DNA from: Eledone cirrhosa
Lineage: Eukaryota
Assembly (NCBI GenBank): GCA_964016885.1
Contig: OZ024752.1
Location: 42,222,001 to 42,286,000 of the forward strand
Reading direction: 5' to 3'
Length of the DNA: 64,000 nucleotides
In this document: piece by piece, positions 45,272 to 59,336 of the stretch
Layout of the letters: each line of letters starts with the position of its first letter
Numbering within the stretch: the stretch's first letter is position 1
Notes under the pieces: model-generated
Seen by the model: the letters and a program-made list of their open reading frames with translations, nothing else
Told to the model about the DNA's origin: nothing
Databases searched by the model: none
Position numbers and translations under genes: made by a program

Positions 45272-45746
45272 GATCGCATCACTGACCTCCCCTTCAATTC
45301 CGAACTAAGCAATCAACTATAAGACTCTGTTGCCCTCTCCAACGACAATGATGATGATGATGATGGTGATCGCATCACTGACCTCCCCTTCAATTCCGAA
45401 CTAAGCAATCTACTATAAGACTCTGTTGCCCTCTCCGACGACAATGATGATGGTGATGATGATGATGGTGATCGCACCACTGACCTCCCCTTCAATTCCG
45501 AACTAAACAATCTACTATAAGACTCTGTTGCCCTCTCCGACGACAATGATGATGGTGATGATGATGATGGTGATCGCACCACTGACCTCCCCTTCAATTC
45601 CGAACTAAGCAATCAACTATAAGACTCTGTTGCCCTCTCCGACGACAATGATGATGGTGATGATGATGATGATGGTGATCCCATCACTGACCTCCCCTTC
45701 AATTCCGAACTAAGCAATCAACTATAAGACTCTGTTGCCCTCTCCA
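45058..45746. repeat. Compound minisatellite: constant ~65-bp block alternating with variable (GAT/GGT)n, 7 copies
   Basis: Block catcactgacctccccttcaattccgaactaagcaatcaactataagactctgttgccctctcc at ~45061, 45169, 45276, 45373, 45475, 45576 and 45683. Confidence 0.9.
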
Positions 45747-45867
45747 CAGCTGCTGTGCCGGAATGTAGACCAATTGTCTACGACGTTGCAACATGTGTCG
45801 GTTCTCTCCGCCTCAGCTCAACCTTCTCGAGACTGGCCGACTCCGTGTATAGAAAGGCAGGTCATGG

Positions 45868-45868
<1 letters not shown>
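45683..45868 (-). pseudogene. Possible upstream decayed exon of the POLQ-like relic (motifs Ia/Ib)
   Basis: LPF followed by [13 protein letters not shown] (R from neighbouring repeat units; a stop here) compares with POLQ ILPF...TIERANGLINRLI. Order is correct relative to the 41820-42979 block. Confidence 0.3.
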
Positions 45869-45913
<45 letters not shown>

Positions 45914-46119
45914 ATGTATATGTATATGTGTGTATATAAATATATATATATACATATACACATATATATATATACACACACATATATCTATATATACACA
46001 CACATATACACATACATATATATATATACACACACATATACACACATATATATATACATACATATATATATATATATACACACACATACATATACATATA
46101 TATATATATACATATACAC

Positions 46120-46150
<31 letters not shown>

Positions 46151-46164
46151 TATATATATATATG

Positions 46165-46196
<32 letters not shown>

Positions 46197-46748
46197 TGTG
46201 TGTAAATATATATATATATGTATGTATGTATGTGTGTGTGTATATATATATATATGTATATATATGTGTATATGTGTGTGTGTATATAGATATATGTGTG
46301 TATATATATATGTGTGTGTGTATATAGATATATGTGTGTATATATAGATATATGTGTATATGTATATATGTATATGTGTATATGTATATATATATATGTG
46401 TATGTATATATGTATATATATATATATATATGAATGTATATATGTATGTGTATGTATGTATGTATGTATGTATGTATATATGTGTATGTATATATGTATG
46501 TATATATGTGTATGTATGTATGTATATATATATGTATGTATATATATATGTATGTATGTCTATATATATGTATGTGTATATATATATATGTATGTATGTA
46601 TGTATATATTATGTATATATTTATATATATATATATATATGGATAGATAGATGGATGGGTATATTTAATATTATGTTCAGATCTAGTGATCTTGTCAGTT
46701 CTCGTAGGTATGTATATATACATACATGCATGTATGTATATATATATG

Positions 46749-46779
<31 letters not shown>

Positions 46780-47589
46780 ATATATATATGTATATATGTA
46801 TGTACAGAGACATAGAGAGAGAGTTTAGTTGGTGAGAAGATTCCTAAATTTTCAAACAACAGTTTGCTCTTTGTGTGTATATAGGGTATATATATGAAGC
46901 TAGTGTTTGTACTCGATTTATTTGTATATGTGTATAATAGATATACATATGTGAGTCGGTATATACACTCACCTATGTCTATGTGTACTTGTATTCGTAC
47001 ATATACATATGCATGTGTATGTATGTATGTATGTATGTATGTATGTATGTATGTATGTGTATGTATGTATATATATATATATGTAGATATGTATATATAT
47101 ATGTTGTATATATATGTATATATATATGTATATAAATATATATATGTATATAAATATATGTATGTATATGTATATATATCTATGTATATACATTGAATAT
47201 ATGTATATATATTGTATATATATGTGTGTGTGTGTGTATATATATATATATGTCTCTATATGTATATAATATATATATATGTCTCTATATGTATATAATA
47301 TATATGTCTATATATGTATATTGTATATATAATATATATATATATATATATACATACATAATATATATATACATACATAATATATATATATATATATACA
47401 TACATAATATATATATATATATATACATACATAATATGTATATACATACATACACAATATGTATATACATACATACATATGTATATATATATACATAATA
47501 TGTATATATATATACATACATATCTATATATATACATACATATGTATATATATATATACATACAAGGTATGTATTCATTATCCAATATT

Positions 47590-47706
47590 GAATATACGTG
47601 TGTAAATATATCTATGTAAACGTGTGATGGTATCTAGATGTGTTTTAGGTGCCCGAGCAGTCGCGAGCATAGACAGACGTGTTCTCGACTCTTCCATCTT
47701 TGACCC
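47590..47706 (-). pseudogene. Possible decayed Walker A exon of the POLQ-like relic
   Basis: [23 protein letters not shown] aligns without gaps to POLQ [23 protein letters not shown] and lies in the correct order. Weak on its own. Confidence 0.27.
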
Positions 47707-48198
47707 AGAAAAAAAACCCCAGTTAGGATGTGACTGGTAGGATAAAAAAGGGCTACATTAGCACTCAGCTGGTAATTTCTTTATCGACCCCTAAATGCCC
47801 CTGAAACTTAAAGTGAACCTCGGCGTAATTTGAACTTAGAGACCCGAAACGAATATACAATTCTTTAACGATCGCGTAAATATATATATATATAGGAGGA
47901 CGCGTTTCGCACCTTTCCGACAGGCAACCTTTCCCCCACCCCGGAAAAAAACCCCAGTTGATGGATGTGAATCCGAAATATATAGAGACAATTAAATCTC
48001 TCCCAAGGTAACTCTCTCTCGTGTTGTTATTTTTATTTTATCCTTTATACTCTTTCCTTCATTCCTCTACACGTCTTATACACACCAGGCATCTCAACGT
48101 ACACCCACTTACATCTCTCTCTCCACCACCGGATCTTGTTACCCGGAGATTTACCCATTTGCATTGTCGAGGCTTCCAAACGACTTAAAGATATTTAC

Positions 48199-48267
<69 letters not shown>

Positions 48268-48402
48268 AAAGTTAAAGAAGGTACATTGATTAATCAATGA
48301 ATATAGTTTTACACTAGATTAGAAGCACTCAACAGAGAGTTTTCTGGAGTTATTAATATTAATTCAAAATATTAATAAATATAGACATTATTTATATTAT
48401 TT

Positions 48403-48474
48403 ATATATTTTATCTGATGAGGACGTACTGAGAAAACAACACAGTACATCCGAAATATATATAATAAAATATAT
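48403..48474 (+). ncRNA. Minimal type I hammerhead ribozyme motif
   Basis: ATATATTTTAT-CTGATGA-GGACGTACTG(loop)CAGTACATCC-GAAA-TATATA-TA^ATAAAATATAT. Stem I is a perfect 11 bp, stem II pairs 9 of 10, stem III is palindromic. Predicted cleavage after 48463. Confidence 0.8.
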
Positions 48475-48513
48475 TTTGATTACGTGAATGTCTATATTTA
48501 TTAATATCTTGAA

Positions 48514-48558
<45 letters not shown>

Positions 48559-48948
48559 AGCTTCTACAGGACTAGCGCTGTTTCATTTGTAAGAAATCAT
48601 CAGGAAGCTGGCTGTTCAAGTAAATGGTAGTATTTATGTCTTTGCTTATGTTGTGGGAGGAGTGGGTGGAGATTGGGATGGATGTAGGTCATTGGTTGAA
48701 GGATTAAAAGAAAGGGAGTTCATTAAAAGCTAATTCTTTAAAGCTATAATATTAACAAAGGCAGAAAAAATACTGTAAACAAGTTCAAAATTGGAATACC
48801 AATCCTAGTTTATCACTTAAAGTAACAATGCCTGTAAGACAGGTGTCTACAAGATGTCTATACTCTGCTATGTATTGAGTACCTTACTTACTGTGGTTAC
48901 CTTCGAATCAACCCGGAATAATTTATATATATACATATATATATAAAG

Positions 48949-49012
<64 letters not shown>

Positions 49013-49015
<3 letters not shown>

Positions 49016-49202
49016 AACCAGTAAGACCCCGACAGCTGAGCTCCAGCCGTTTCGACGCCTAATTCAGTCCAGAATTAGCCGTCGAAACGGCTTGAGCTCA
49101 GCTGTCGGGGTCTTACTGGTTCCTATTACCCACTCTACTACCTCAAGTATTGAGTACTTTGGTGCGTTATGGTCCACCTGGTTCCTTACCACATTTCCTT
49201 CG

Positions 49203-49204
<2 letters not shown>
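49013..49204 (+). repeat. (TA)n-embedded dispersed family A (fold-back copy) carrying the 3' half of a hammerhead
   Basis: Sequence ...ccgtcGAAACGGCTtgagctcAGCYGTCggggtc...attacccactctactacc...gagtactttggtgcgttatggtccacctggttccttaccacatttccttcgtTA(TA)n. Other copies at ~34052-34189, 50983-51100, 55059-55200, 55342-55452 (diverged), 57039-57140 and 61703-61883. Confidence 0.85.
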
Positions 49205-49240
<36 letters not shown>

Positions 49241-49378
49241 TCATACATACATATACGTGTTTTGCAACGGGTCACTTTGTGGCTCAATGAAAAGTTAATA
49301 AATTAAATAATCAGAGCTATATATCATAAAACATGTCTATAGAATCACCAGATCTGGTGACTCTATAGACATGTTTTA

Positions 49379-49429
<51 letters not shown>

Positions 49430-49466
49430 ATATATAAGATCAAAAGATGGTTAAAAGAGTTCCATG

Positions 49467-49537
49467 TATTTTATTATGCGCATTTCAAAAACAAATATCA
49501 TCATGCGATGACATTTGCGTTTTCGTCAGATAAAATA
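49467..49537 (-). ncRNA. Minimal type I hammerhead ribozyme motif
   Basis: Minus strand reads TATTTTAT-CTGACGA-AAACGCAAATGTCATC(GCAT)GATGATATTTGTTTTT-GAAA-TGCGCA-TA^ATAAAATA. Stem I is 8 bp, stem II pairs 15 of 16 including G-U, stem III is the palindrome TGCGCA. Confidence 0.82.
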
Positions 49538-49646
49538 GGGAGACATGATATGAAGGTTAAAAAACACTTGATAATAGTGCAGTTTTAAATCAACATATAT
49601 GTTGATTTAAAACTGCACTACCACTACGGATATTACCTTCCAGTGT

Positions 49647-49741
<95 letters not shown>

Positions 49742-50076
49742 AAAACAACTCGTAGAAAGGAAAAAGATTCTTTCAGTAGAAAATGTTGAAGAGATATTTT
49801 TCAGTGAGATATCAAAACATTAATTTGTTTACAATACCGGTTTCAGCATTAATTTTATTTTCATTTCATTTCATTCATTTCCTTCATCATTATTATTACT
49901 ATTATCACTATTTGTACAAATATGAAACTTAACAATTTTCTGCATATCTGCAATTGACAATGCATTTAATGCAGAAACTGGTATCGTAAATAAATTAATG
50001 TTTTGATATCTCACTGAAAGAATCTCTTCAACATTTTCTACCGAACGAATCATTTTTCTTTCTACTATTTGTTTTT
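49742..50076. repeat. Older imperfect inverted repeat (~110-bp arms, ~115-bp spacer)
   Basis: gtagaaaatgttgaagaga...tcagtgagatatcaaaacattaattt versus aaattaatgttttgatatctcactgaa...tctcttcaacattttctac. Confidence 0.75.
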
Positions 50077-50313
50077 ATATATATCAACACACACACACAC
50101 ACACACACACATACCTGGTGATATCATCAGGTATTCAAAATATAACAAAGGAATATAACAGATAATACTTTATAATAATTAACTCCGTACTCGCACCACC
50201 AACTACACAAACGAAGACGGGTGAGTTGCATTACGTTGAGTGCTCTCCATAATATTACATCGAGATTGACCATACGGAATGACCAGTTCTATCCAGTGGT
50301 GAACCAACAAACC

Positions 50314-50375
<62 letters not shown>

Positions 50376-50455
50376 GGAAAATTTGAACAGGAACAAAACA
50401 GAGAGGCAGTACAACGAATGTTTATTAATTTCACGCTCTTGAGCGGGGTGGTGGT

Positions 50456-50504
<49 letters not shown>

Positions 50505-50934
50505 CTGTGTGTATGTGTGTATATATATATAGTAACAATAATAAATGTGAAGACAAAAATCCAAAGAGGGCTCGATAAGGATTATATATATATATATATA
50601 TAAATATATAAGAACCCTACAGCAAATATTTAGTTTAGTTTCAGAAGATCCCGTTAAGAGTGAAAGCAGCGATTCTTTGCTTAAACTTGAATCTGTTATA
50701 TATATATATATATATAGAGAGAGATAATTTAATATATCTACTAACATACGCGCACAGATGTACGCTAATGCCAGCAAATACACAGGTTATGTCATAGTAC
50801 CTAGGTGGTTCAATGCAGGAGGATGCAGAACAATAATATAAAAGACGTAAAATAAGAAAATAAAAAAAAAAAAATGTTAATTAGTAAGTAAGTTAATTTT
50901 TTAAAATTTTTTAAAAAAATTTTCTTATTTTACG

Positions 50935-50986
<52 letters not shown>

Positions 50987-51219
50987 AACCAGATGGACCA
51001 TAACGCACCAGAGTACTCAATACTTAGGGTAGTAGAGTGGGTAATAGGAAAAAGTTTGACCCCGACGGCAGAGCTCAAGCCGTTTCGACGGCTATTTCTA
51101 TATATATTGGGATGGTCATGTTGTCAGTATTCCCAATAAATATAAACATACCCACCATATGATTTTCACTTTTTCACTTTATCTTTATTACTAGTTAGAC
51201 GTTAGTTCGTTAGTTCATC

Positions 51220-52900
51220 AAAGTTCTTCCGCCACATGTTTTCTGGCCTTGTAGGAACCAGCAACTGCCTGAATTTCAAACCCCTTCTGGTCCCACCATA
51301 TGTCTTTCAATAACTACATTTCCTTTTGTACCAAGACATTCGTATCTTTGAGCTGTAACGTAACTCGTTCCATACCTCCTTCGTTTAGAATAGCTTGATG
51401 TAATTTACGTTTCTCAGATAATACCTGCAGTATTTCACGTTATTTTTACCTATCAGCAAACTTGTGTTTAGAGAAACCGAATGACTGCATTTCGTTTTTC
51501 ACCTAGACATTCGTATCTTTAAGACGTATGGTAATTGTCTTCATACCTCGTTCGTTTAGAACAGTTTGATGTCATTTATGTTTCTTTTACATTTCTCAGA
51601 TAACACCTGCAGTATTTCACGTTATTTTTACCTATCAGCAAACTTGTGTTTAGAGAAACCGAATGACTGCATTTCGTTTTTCACCTAGACATTCGTATCT
51701 TTAAGACGTATGGTAATTGTCTTCATACCTCGTTCGTTTAGAACAGTTTGATGTCATTTATGTTTCTTTTACATTTCTCAGATAACACCTGCAGTATCTC
51801 ACGTTATTTTTACCTATCAGCAAACTTGTGTTTAGAGAAACCGAATGACTGCATTTCGTTTTTCACCTAGACATTCGTATCTTTAAGACGTATGGTAATT
51901 GTCTTCATACCTCGTTCGTTTAGAACAGTTTGATGTCATTTATGTTTCTTTTACGTTTCTCAGATAATACCTGCAGTATTTCACGTTATTTTTACCTATC
52001 AGCAAACTTGTGTTTAAAGAAACCGAATGACTGCATTTCGTTTTTCACCTAGACATTCGTATCTTTAAGACGTATGGTAATTGTCTTCATACCTCGTTCG
52101 TTTAGAACAGTTTGATGTCATTTATGTTTCTTTTACATTTCTCAGATAACACCTGCAGTATCTCACGTTATTTTTACCTATCAGCAAACTTGTGTTTAGA
52201 GAAACCGAATGACTGCATTTCGTTTTTCACCTAGACATTCGTATCTTTAAGACGTATGGTAATTGTCTTCATACCTCGTTCGTTTAGAACAGTTTGATGT
52301 CATTTATGTTTCTTTTACATTTCTCAGATAACACCTGCAGTATCTCACGTTATTTTTACCTATCAACAAACTTGTGTTTAGAGAAACCGAATGACTGCAT
52401 TTCGTTTTTCACCTAGACATTCGTATCTTTAAGACGTATGGTAATTGTCTTCATACCTCGTTCGTTTAGAACAGTTTGATGTCATTTATGTTTCTCAGAT
52501 AACACCTGTTGTATCTCCAAGTCATGTTTACCTGTCAGCAAACTTGCATTTAGAGAAACCGATTCAGATAGAAGTTAGTTTTGTACCAAGACATTCGTAT
52601 CTTTGAGTCATATGGTAACTCGCTCCATACCTGCTTCATTTACAATAACTTGATGTCATTTATGTTTCTCAGATAACACATGCTGTATCGTCATTTTTAC
52701 CTGTCAGCAAACTTGCATTTGGAGAAACCAATTGAGTTAACAGCTGGTTTTGTTGACTGCCTCACACAATCTCTCCTAGCAAGCATCAGTTCGTGCAGTG
52801 CTGCCTCGCACATTTACAAGCAGCATCTTTAAATTATTGATCAGGGTTTCTGTAGGTGTACGTTGCACCTCGGAATGTTTTAGTTTACTGACATACTGTT
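51220..52900 (-). mobile_element. RTE/BovB-like LINE EN-RT linker fragment amplified as a 182-bp minisatellite
   Basis: Units start 182 bp apart (e.g. 51421, 51603, 51785, 51967, 52149, 52331), with diverged outer units. Minus-strand translation across frameshifts gives GFSKHKFAD...EILQVLSEKRKLHQAILN...VQKEM*LLKDIWWDQKGFEIQAVA, resembling the RTE linker RKHQDWFDEN.EI..LL.EK...WW..KA.EIQ..AD. Confidence 0.7.
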
Positions 52901-55010
52901 TTGTTGTTGTTGTTGTTGTTGTGTAATTCTGCCAGTTTTCTTGCACTCGAGTCTCACAGACAAATTACATGTGGTTCGTATCAATACATGATCAATGGAA
53001 CAATCGATCTCACTCCTTCGTGGCTTAGGTACAGCTAATGCCTGCAATGTTGCTCTGGGTGATTACATCGTTTAACAGATGCCGTCAATTATGATCCCCG
53101 TAAGGATGAAAGGAAAGATATAATGTAGCTGCTATTTCTAGCAGATAGAATGATTGATCTTGTTGAAAGTACTTGTGTGTGTGTGTGTGTACGTGTGTGT
53201 GTGTGTGTGTGTTGGGGGTGTTTGTTTTGGTTTGGTTTCGGTTCTGTTGCTGGCGTCATCAAGCCTTTATTAACTTTGATAATTCTCCGAACACCAGATC
53301 TTGTTTCCTCACCACTAATTGCTGGTCTTATCAACAAACGTAAATAGAGAAATATCATAGAGACGAAAGAAAGAAAGAAAAGAGAAAGAAAGAAAGAAAA
53401 GAGAAAGAAAGAAAGAAAAGAGAAAGAAAGAAAGAAAAGAGAAAGAAAAGAGAAAGAAAAGAGAAAGAAAAGAAAGAAAGATAATAGAGAAGTGAAGAAG
53501 AAAAGTAAAACTCGGATCAAAGTAGGTGGAGATGTTGTGCAAAGATGGCGCTTGGTGTTGTCGGTGTAGTGGCGTGGGGGTATGTCGGTATGTAGTGGTG
53601 TAGTGGTGTGGTGGTGTAGCGGTGTGGTGGTATGGGAGTGTGGTGGTGTATTGGTGTAGTGGTGCCATATGTTGGTGGTGTGGGGGGTATGTCGGTGTGT
53701 GTGGTGGTGTGGTGTTGTAGTGGTGTGTTGTGGTGGTGTGGGTGTGTGGTGGTGGTGTGGTGGTTTGGTGGTGGTGGTGGGAAGATGTCGACTACTTCTG
53801 GGGGTGGTAGGGGAGTAAGGTGGGTATGTTATGTGTAAGATCAGATTATAACTAGGTTGTGCCGGATACATGATGATGATGGTGATGGTGATGATGGTGG
53901 TGATGGTGATGGTGATGGTGATGGTGATGATGACGATGATGATGGTGGTGATGATGATGATGACGATGATGATGGTGTTGATGATGATGATGATGATGAT
54001 GGTGATGGTGTTGATGATGATGGTGATGGTCGCAGCCAGTTCACAGTGGTAGGATTAGGGTGCGTGAGATCCATACTCTCAGGTGGATGGAGATCCAAAT
54101 GATGGTGATGATGATGATGATTTTGACGATGACGATGATGACGATGAATGATTTCTAGTATAGGCACAAGGCCAGTAATTTTGGAGGAGGGGAAAGTCGA
54201 TTAAATCGACCCCAGTGCATTACTGGTATTTTATTTTATCTACCCCGTAAAAATGAAAGGCAAATAACGATAACAGCAATAACGAAATAATAATTCTTAA
54301 AATCTCAAGAAGAAAAAAAAAACATTTATATGATAATAAACAAGTAAATAATAATAATAATAATAAAATAATAAATAAAATGCCAAAAAAATAATAATGA
54401 AATGTAAAAAAAAAATAAAAAAGAAAAGGGCGGGAAAATGGAGCGTTTTGCGTCTCAGAACTTGGCAGCCATCTTTATCTGAATTCTCAATATAGTTAAT
54501 AGCTGAATGTCGCCATCAACTGTTTGCTATATCGGCTTCATTTCCTCATCGTTCTTAACATCAACATCCTCCCCGTTGTTGTTGTTGTTGTTGTTGTTCT
54601 TGATGATGTTGTTTTTATTGTTGTTGTTGTTGTTGTTGTTTAATTTTAATTTTTTTCTATTTTTAGTTGTTGTTTTTCTTTTCGGTGGAGTTTTGTTTAT
54701 TTGTTATTTGCTGTTTTTGTTTTTGTTTTTGTTGTTGTTGTTGTTGTTGAAACAGGTGGGAAATGAGTAGAGCTATAGTGGAGATGGTGTAGAGAAGTGT
54801 GGAGGGGTGGAATGAAAAGAAGGGTGTGTAAGGAAGGAAAGAGGGAGGGGGGGGGGGGAAACTAGTGCAAAGAATGATAAACATCGAAAGGTTAGAGAAG
54901 GAGTGAGGCAGAGAGAGGGATAGAAAGAGAGGGGAGAGGAAGGGAGAGGGAGGTAGAAAATATATACATATATATATATATGTATATATATATGTATATG
55001 TATACATATA

Positions 55011-55060
<50 letters not shown>

Positions 55061-55269
55061 CGAAGGAAATGTGGTAAGGAACCAGGTGGACCATAACGCA
55101 CCAAAGTACTCAATACTTAGGGTAGTAGAGTGGGTAATAGGAACGAGTAGGACCCCGACGGCCGAGCTCAAGCCGTTTCGACGGCTAATTCTGGACTCAG
55201 AATAAAACCCTTTTTGTTCTGTTGACCATGTTATTCTTCACTCTTTCACTATATATATATATATATATC

Positions 55270-55303
<34 letters not shown>

Positions 55304-55475
55304 TGTATATATACTAGTATGGAATCAGTTTGAAACTGGTTAGACCATTATTCAACAGAGTACTCGATATTTGGGGTAGTAGAGTATGGATATATTATAA
55401 ACAGTCGCGACCCTACGGCTGACCTCTTGCCGTTTCAACTGCTAGTTCCCAACTATCTATCTATTTATCTCTCTC

Positions 55476-55538
<63 letters not shown>

Positions 55539-55991
55539 CTCTCTCTATATATATACACATATACACACACAGGTAGAGACAAACGGAAGAAAAGAGCAAT
55601 CGTCACATAGTATGGAAGTTGAGTATATATATATTAACATTTCTATGTCATTAAATGCATTGGCAGAGAGTAAAACAAAATGGCGATTAGAAGCTTTTAA
55701 GGACCTTCATTGATCGGCCATGGATGTCGCTGGAATCCATTAAAATTGTTTATCTTTCATCCATTCTAGACGGATAAAAAAAAACGTTACCAGCTTCGTA
55801 CTGGTGTCGATTCTTCATCTCTTTATATCTTTTTTTTTTTTTTTTCACTTTCTTTCTCTCACTCTCTATCATTTTCTGGAAGAAATCTGCTGTACTTAGA
55901 CTAAGGCATGGAAAGAAGATGGGCTCCGCCATATTTAAAAATGTCCTAAGATACGCCGTATGTCATTATGGCACCCTTACGACTCCCCTAG

Positions 55992-56037
<46 letters not shown>

Positions 56038-56177
56038 GTAGGTCCCGGGTTGAGTCGGGGATAACCACAGTAAGTAAGGTACTCAATACATGGCAGAGTA
56101 AAATTTTTTATTTTATAGAAGGAGCTTCTACAAGACTAGTACTGTTTCATTCAGATGAAATCTTCAGGAAGCCCTGA

Positions 56178-56228
56178 AGCTTCCTGAAGATTTCATCTGA
56201 ATGAAACAGTACTAGTCTTGTAGAAGCT
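56178..56228 (+). ncRNA. Hammerhead-like motif with U-U at the base of stem II; inverted copy at ~56123-56172, relative at ~48559-48609 (-)
   Basis: AGCTTC-CTGAAGA-T-TTCA(TC)TGAA-T-GAAA-CAGTACTAG-TC^TTGTA-GAAGCT. The related copy reads AGCTTC-CTGATGA-TTTCTTACAAAT-GAAA-CAGCGCTAG-TC-CTGTA-GAAGCT, with the stem III palindrome changed from AGTACT to AGCGCT. Confidence 0.5.
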
Positions 56229-56593
56229 CCTTCTATAAAATAAAAAATATATATATATATATATATATATATGAGGATTGAATTCCAACCGTGACCATCT
56301 CCACTGAAAGTTTTCATGAAATAGTCTTTAAGACTATACAGAGCATTTGAAGTTTTTCCAAATTGAAGGATGAGTATTTTAAACTTTATTTTATCATGAG
56401 TTAAGGCTCTATTGATTTTTCCCTGGATTTCACTAAATTCTGTGGATGAATCTATATCCTGATTCTCTTTGAGATGAGTTTGAATTATTTTTCCAACATC
56501 TTACGTTAACTATTTTTCCCATTTTGACGCTATAGTCACTTATATATTATGGAGTGCTGATGGCTTTTCGCTGCAGTGTTTTCTATACCTTTC

Positions 56594-56627
<34 letters not shown>

Positions 56628-56629
<2 letters not shown>

Positions 56630-56828
56630 AGTAAGTATGTTTTGAAACAGTGAGCAGGTTTGAAATTAGAAAATATATAGCTTTCACCGTATTTTTGACT
56701 AAAGGAATTTTAGCCTGATAATGGGGTTTAGAACCCTCAGATAAATGAAAAAATGAGTATTGACGTATCTGAGGGTTCTAAACCCCATTATCAGGCTAAA
56801 ATTCCTTTAGTCAAAAATACGGTGAAAG

Positions 56829-56832
<4 letters not shown>
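56628..56832. repeat. (TA)n-embedded family E, fold-back copy (second fold-back copy at 36017-36160)
   Basis: caagtaagtatgttttgaaacagtgagcagg...tagctttcaccgtatttttgactaaaggaattttagcc is followed by its reverse complement in both copies, with different turn-around points. Confidence 0.8.
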
Positions 56833-56888
<56 letters not shown>

Positions 56889-57385
56889 TTTACGTATCGA
56901 GAAAGAGAAAAAAAGGGGGGATAGGTGATACATATAGTTATTTGCCAAGTAGCGTATGCCAAAGGTGCTCGATACTAGTGCCGGCAGTATTAAATATTCG
57001 AAGTGTTAATATTTAGTGGGCTATATATATATATATATAACAAAGAAAGTATGGTAAGGAACCAGGTGGACCATAACGCACCAGAGTACTCGATACTGAG
57101 GGTAGTAGAGTGGGTAATAGGAAAAGAATCAGGACCCCCTCCGGAGTAGGGATATATGATGTATTATCCATGTCTGTCTCGACGCTAAACATTCTGTGTC
57201 TGTGTGTGTGTGTGTGTGTGTGTATGGCGATGTAATTTTTAATCCTTCATTATTGTTCGTCCATTTGTCTTCTTCTCTGCCGACAACTACTACACCTTAT
57301 CTTGTTAAAACACGATAACAAAACATTACAACATTAAAACACACTATTTATTTGGAACAATACCGTACTTAAGAAACATATATAA

Positions 57386-57437
<52 letters not shown>

Positions 57438-57470
57438 TGATATATAGATGACACTCATACATGCCTATAA

Positions 57471-57539
<69 letters not shown>

Positions 57540-58276
57540 AGAGAGAGAGTGTGTATGCGTGTGTGTATTGATATATAGATGATACTCATGCATGCCTATA
57601 AATGTATGTATGTGTGTGTGTGTATATATATATGTATATATATATATAAAGAGAGAGAGAGAGAGAGAGAGAGAGATAAGCAGTATCCAGTGAAAGGTGT
57701 TAGTGTAATATAATAATGTAATCTGTATCCACCATCAGACTGTGTGAAACAGTAAACACTGGTTCAATAGCTAAACATAACATTGATTTATCTCCCCCTT
57801 GTAATTACTCTTCTGTTTTTCTTTTCAACACAAACTGGCTGCTGCATCCAAAGAGGTAAAACAAACTAATGGAAGGGTGCGTCACTTCTGTGTGGTCGTT
57901 CTAATTGCTAGAAATCACAGCTATGTGTTTTGCTAGCTGCTTCCCTTAAATCTTATTAATTTTCCTGAAATGAAAACATGAAATGTTAGAATGTAAAGAA
58001 TAGTTTAAGGAATGTGTAGAAGATTAAGATTTAAAAGTATGTTTTTGCCCTTTAAAAGTATGTCTTTGTCCTTTAAAAGTATGTCTTTGTCCTTTAAAAG
58101 TATGTCTTTGTCCTTTAAAAGTATGTCTTTGTCCTTTCGAATTGGCAAAGTCGTTAAGACGTTGGATAGAATGCTTCACGGTATTCGTCCGACCTCATTG
58201 CACGTTCTGAGTTCGAATCCCGCCGTGGTCAACTGTGCCTTTCATCCTTTTGAGGTCGATAAAAAAAGTACCAGTC

Positions 58277-58682
58277 CAGTACTGGGGTCGTTTATTCCTC
58301 TATAGAAAGAAAAAAAAAACCCGGATGTATTCAGACCTGGAGAGAGTTGCGCTCCGCCAGGTTTTAAAAAGGCCCTAGACACACCGAGTTATAGGATCTT
58401 ATTCGCTTTTATCCCTTTGCCATTTGTAATAACGACTGCATCGCATGTTAAAGTGTTAACACTTTAACATGCGATGTACCACATTAAAACGCTTATCAAG
58501 ACAAACTTGAAAAGTACAGTACTGGGGTCGTTTATTCCTCTATAGAAAAAAACCCCGGATGTATTCAGACCTTATTCCCTTTTATTTCTTTGCCCTTTGT
58601 AATAACGACTGCATCGCATGTTAACATTTTAACATACGATGTACCACATTAAAACACTTATCAAGACAAACTTGAAAAGTAC
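58277..58682. repeat. Direct tandem duplication (~240 and ~165 bp); a 21-bp tandem x5 lies upstream at ~58030-58137
   Basis: cagtactggggtcgtttattcctctatag...ttatcaagacaaacttgaaaagtac occurs twice; the second copy lacks ~60 bp. Confidence 0.85.
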
Positions 58683-58938
58683 AAAACAGCACTATAACTG
58701 CATCACATTTAGTTTACTGCAAATTTCCCCAACCATCTGTCCACTAGTAAATATACTATAAACATTTGAATTAACATATCTGGTATTAGATATTTTCTGA
58801 TAAAGAATTTATTGCAGAATGTTAAGAGTTAACCATAAAATAATTAAATTAAACCGGGGTCATAGTCCCTACACTCTGTCCATATTTTCTGTATCTCAAG
58901 GAGTTCTATCTCATTTTATTCAACTATACTATAAGCCG

Positions 58939-58987
<49 letters not shown>

Positions 58988-59010
58988 TTATATATATATA
59001 TATATATATA

Positions 59011-59049
59011 TAATAGTAGAAAACTGGAGGGTTTATCCGTAGTAGTAGC

Positions 59050-59093
<44 letters not shown>

Positions 59094-59336
59094 AGCACTC
59101 AGTCCATGGGACGAGGTTTGTAGAAGTAGTTCCACAACAGTTAGTTCACCATACCGAGAACAAATGTTTCACCTTGTGCGGATCTTCAACTCAGTCTGAA
59201 GATCCGCACAAGGTGAAACATTTGTTCTCGGTATGATGAACTAACTGTTGTGGAACTACTTCTACAAACCTCGTCCCATGGACTGAGTGCTCTACTACTA
59301 CTACTACTACTACGGATAAACCCTCCAGTTTTCTAC

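Noticed and set aside
45058-45746. CRISPR-like repeat-spacer appearance
   Set aside because: The spacers are low-complexity (GAT)n, the repeats are ~65 bp, the context is eukaryotic, and there are no cas genes.
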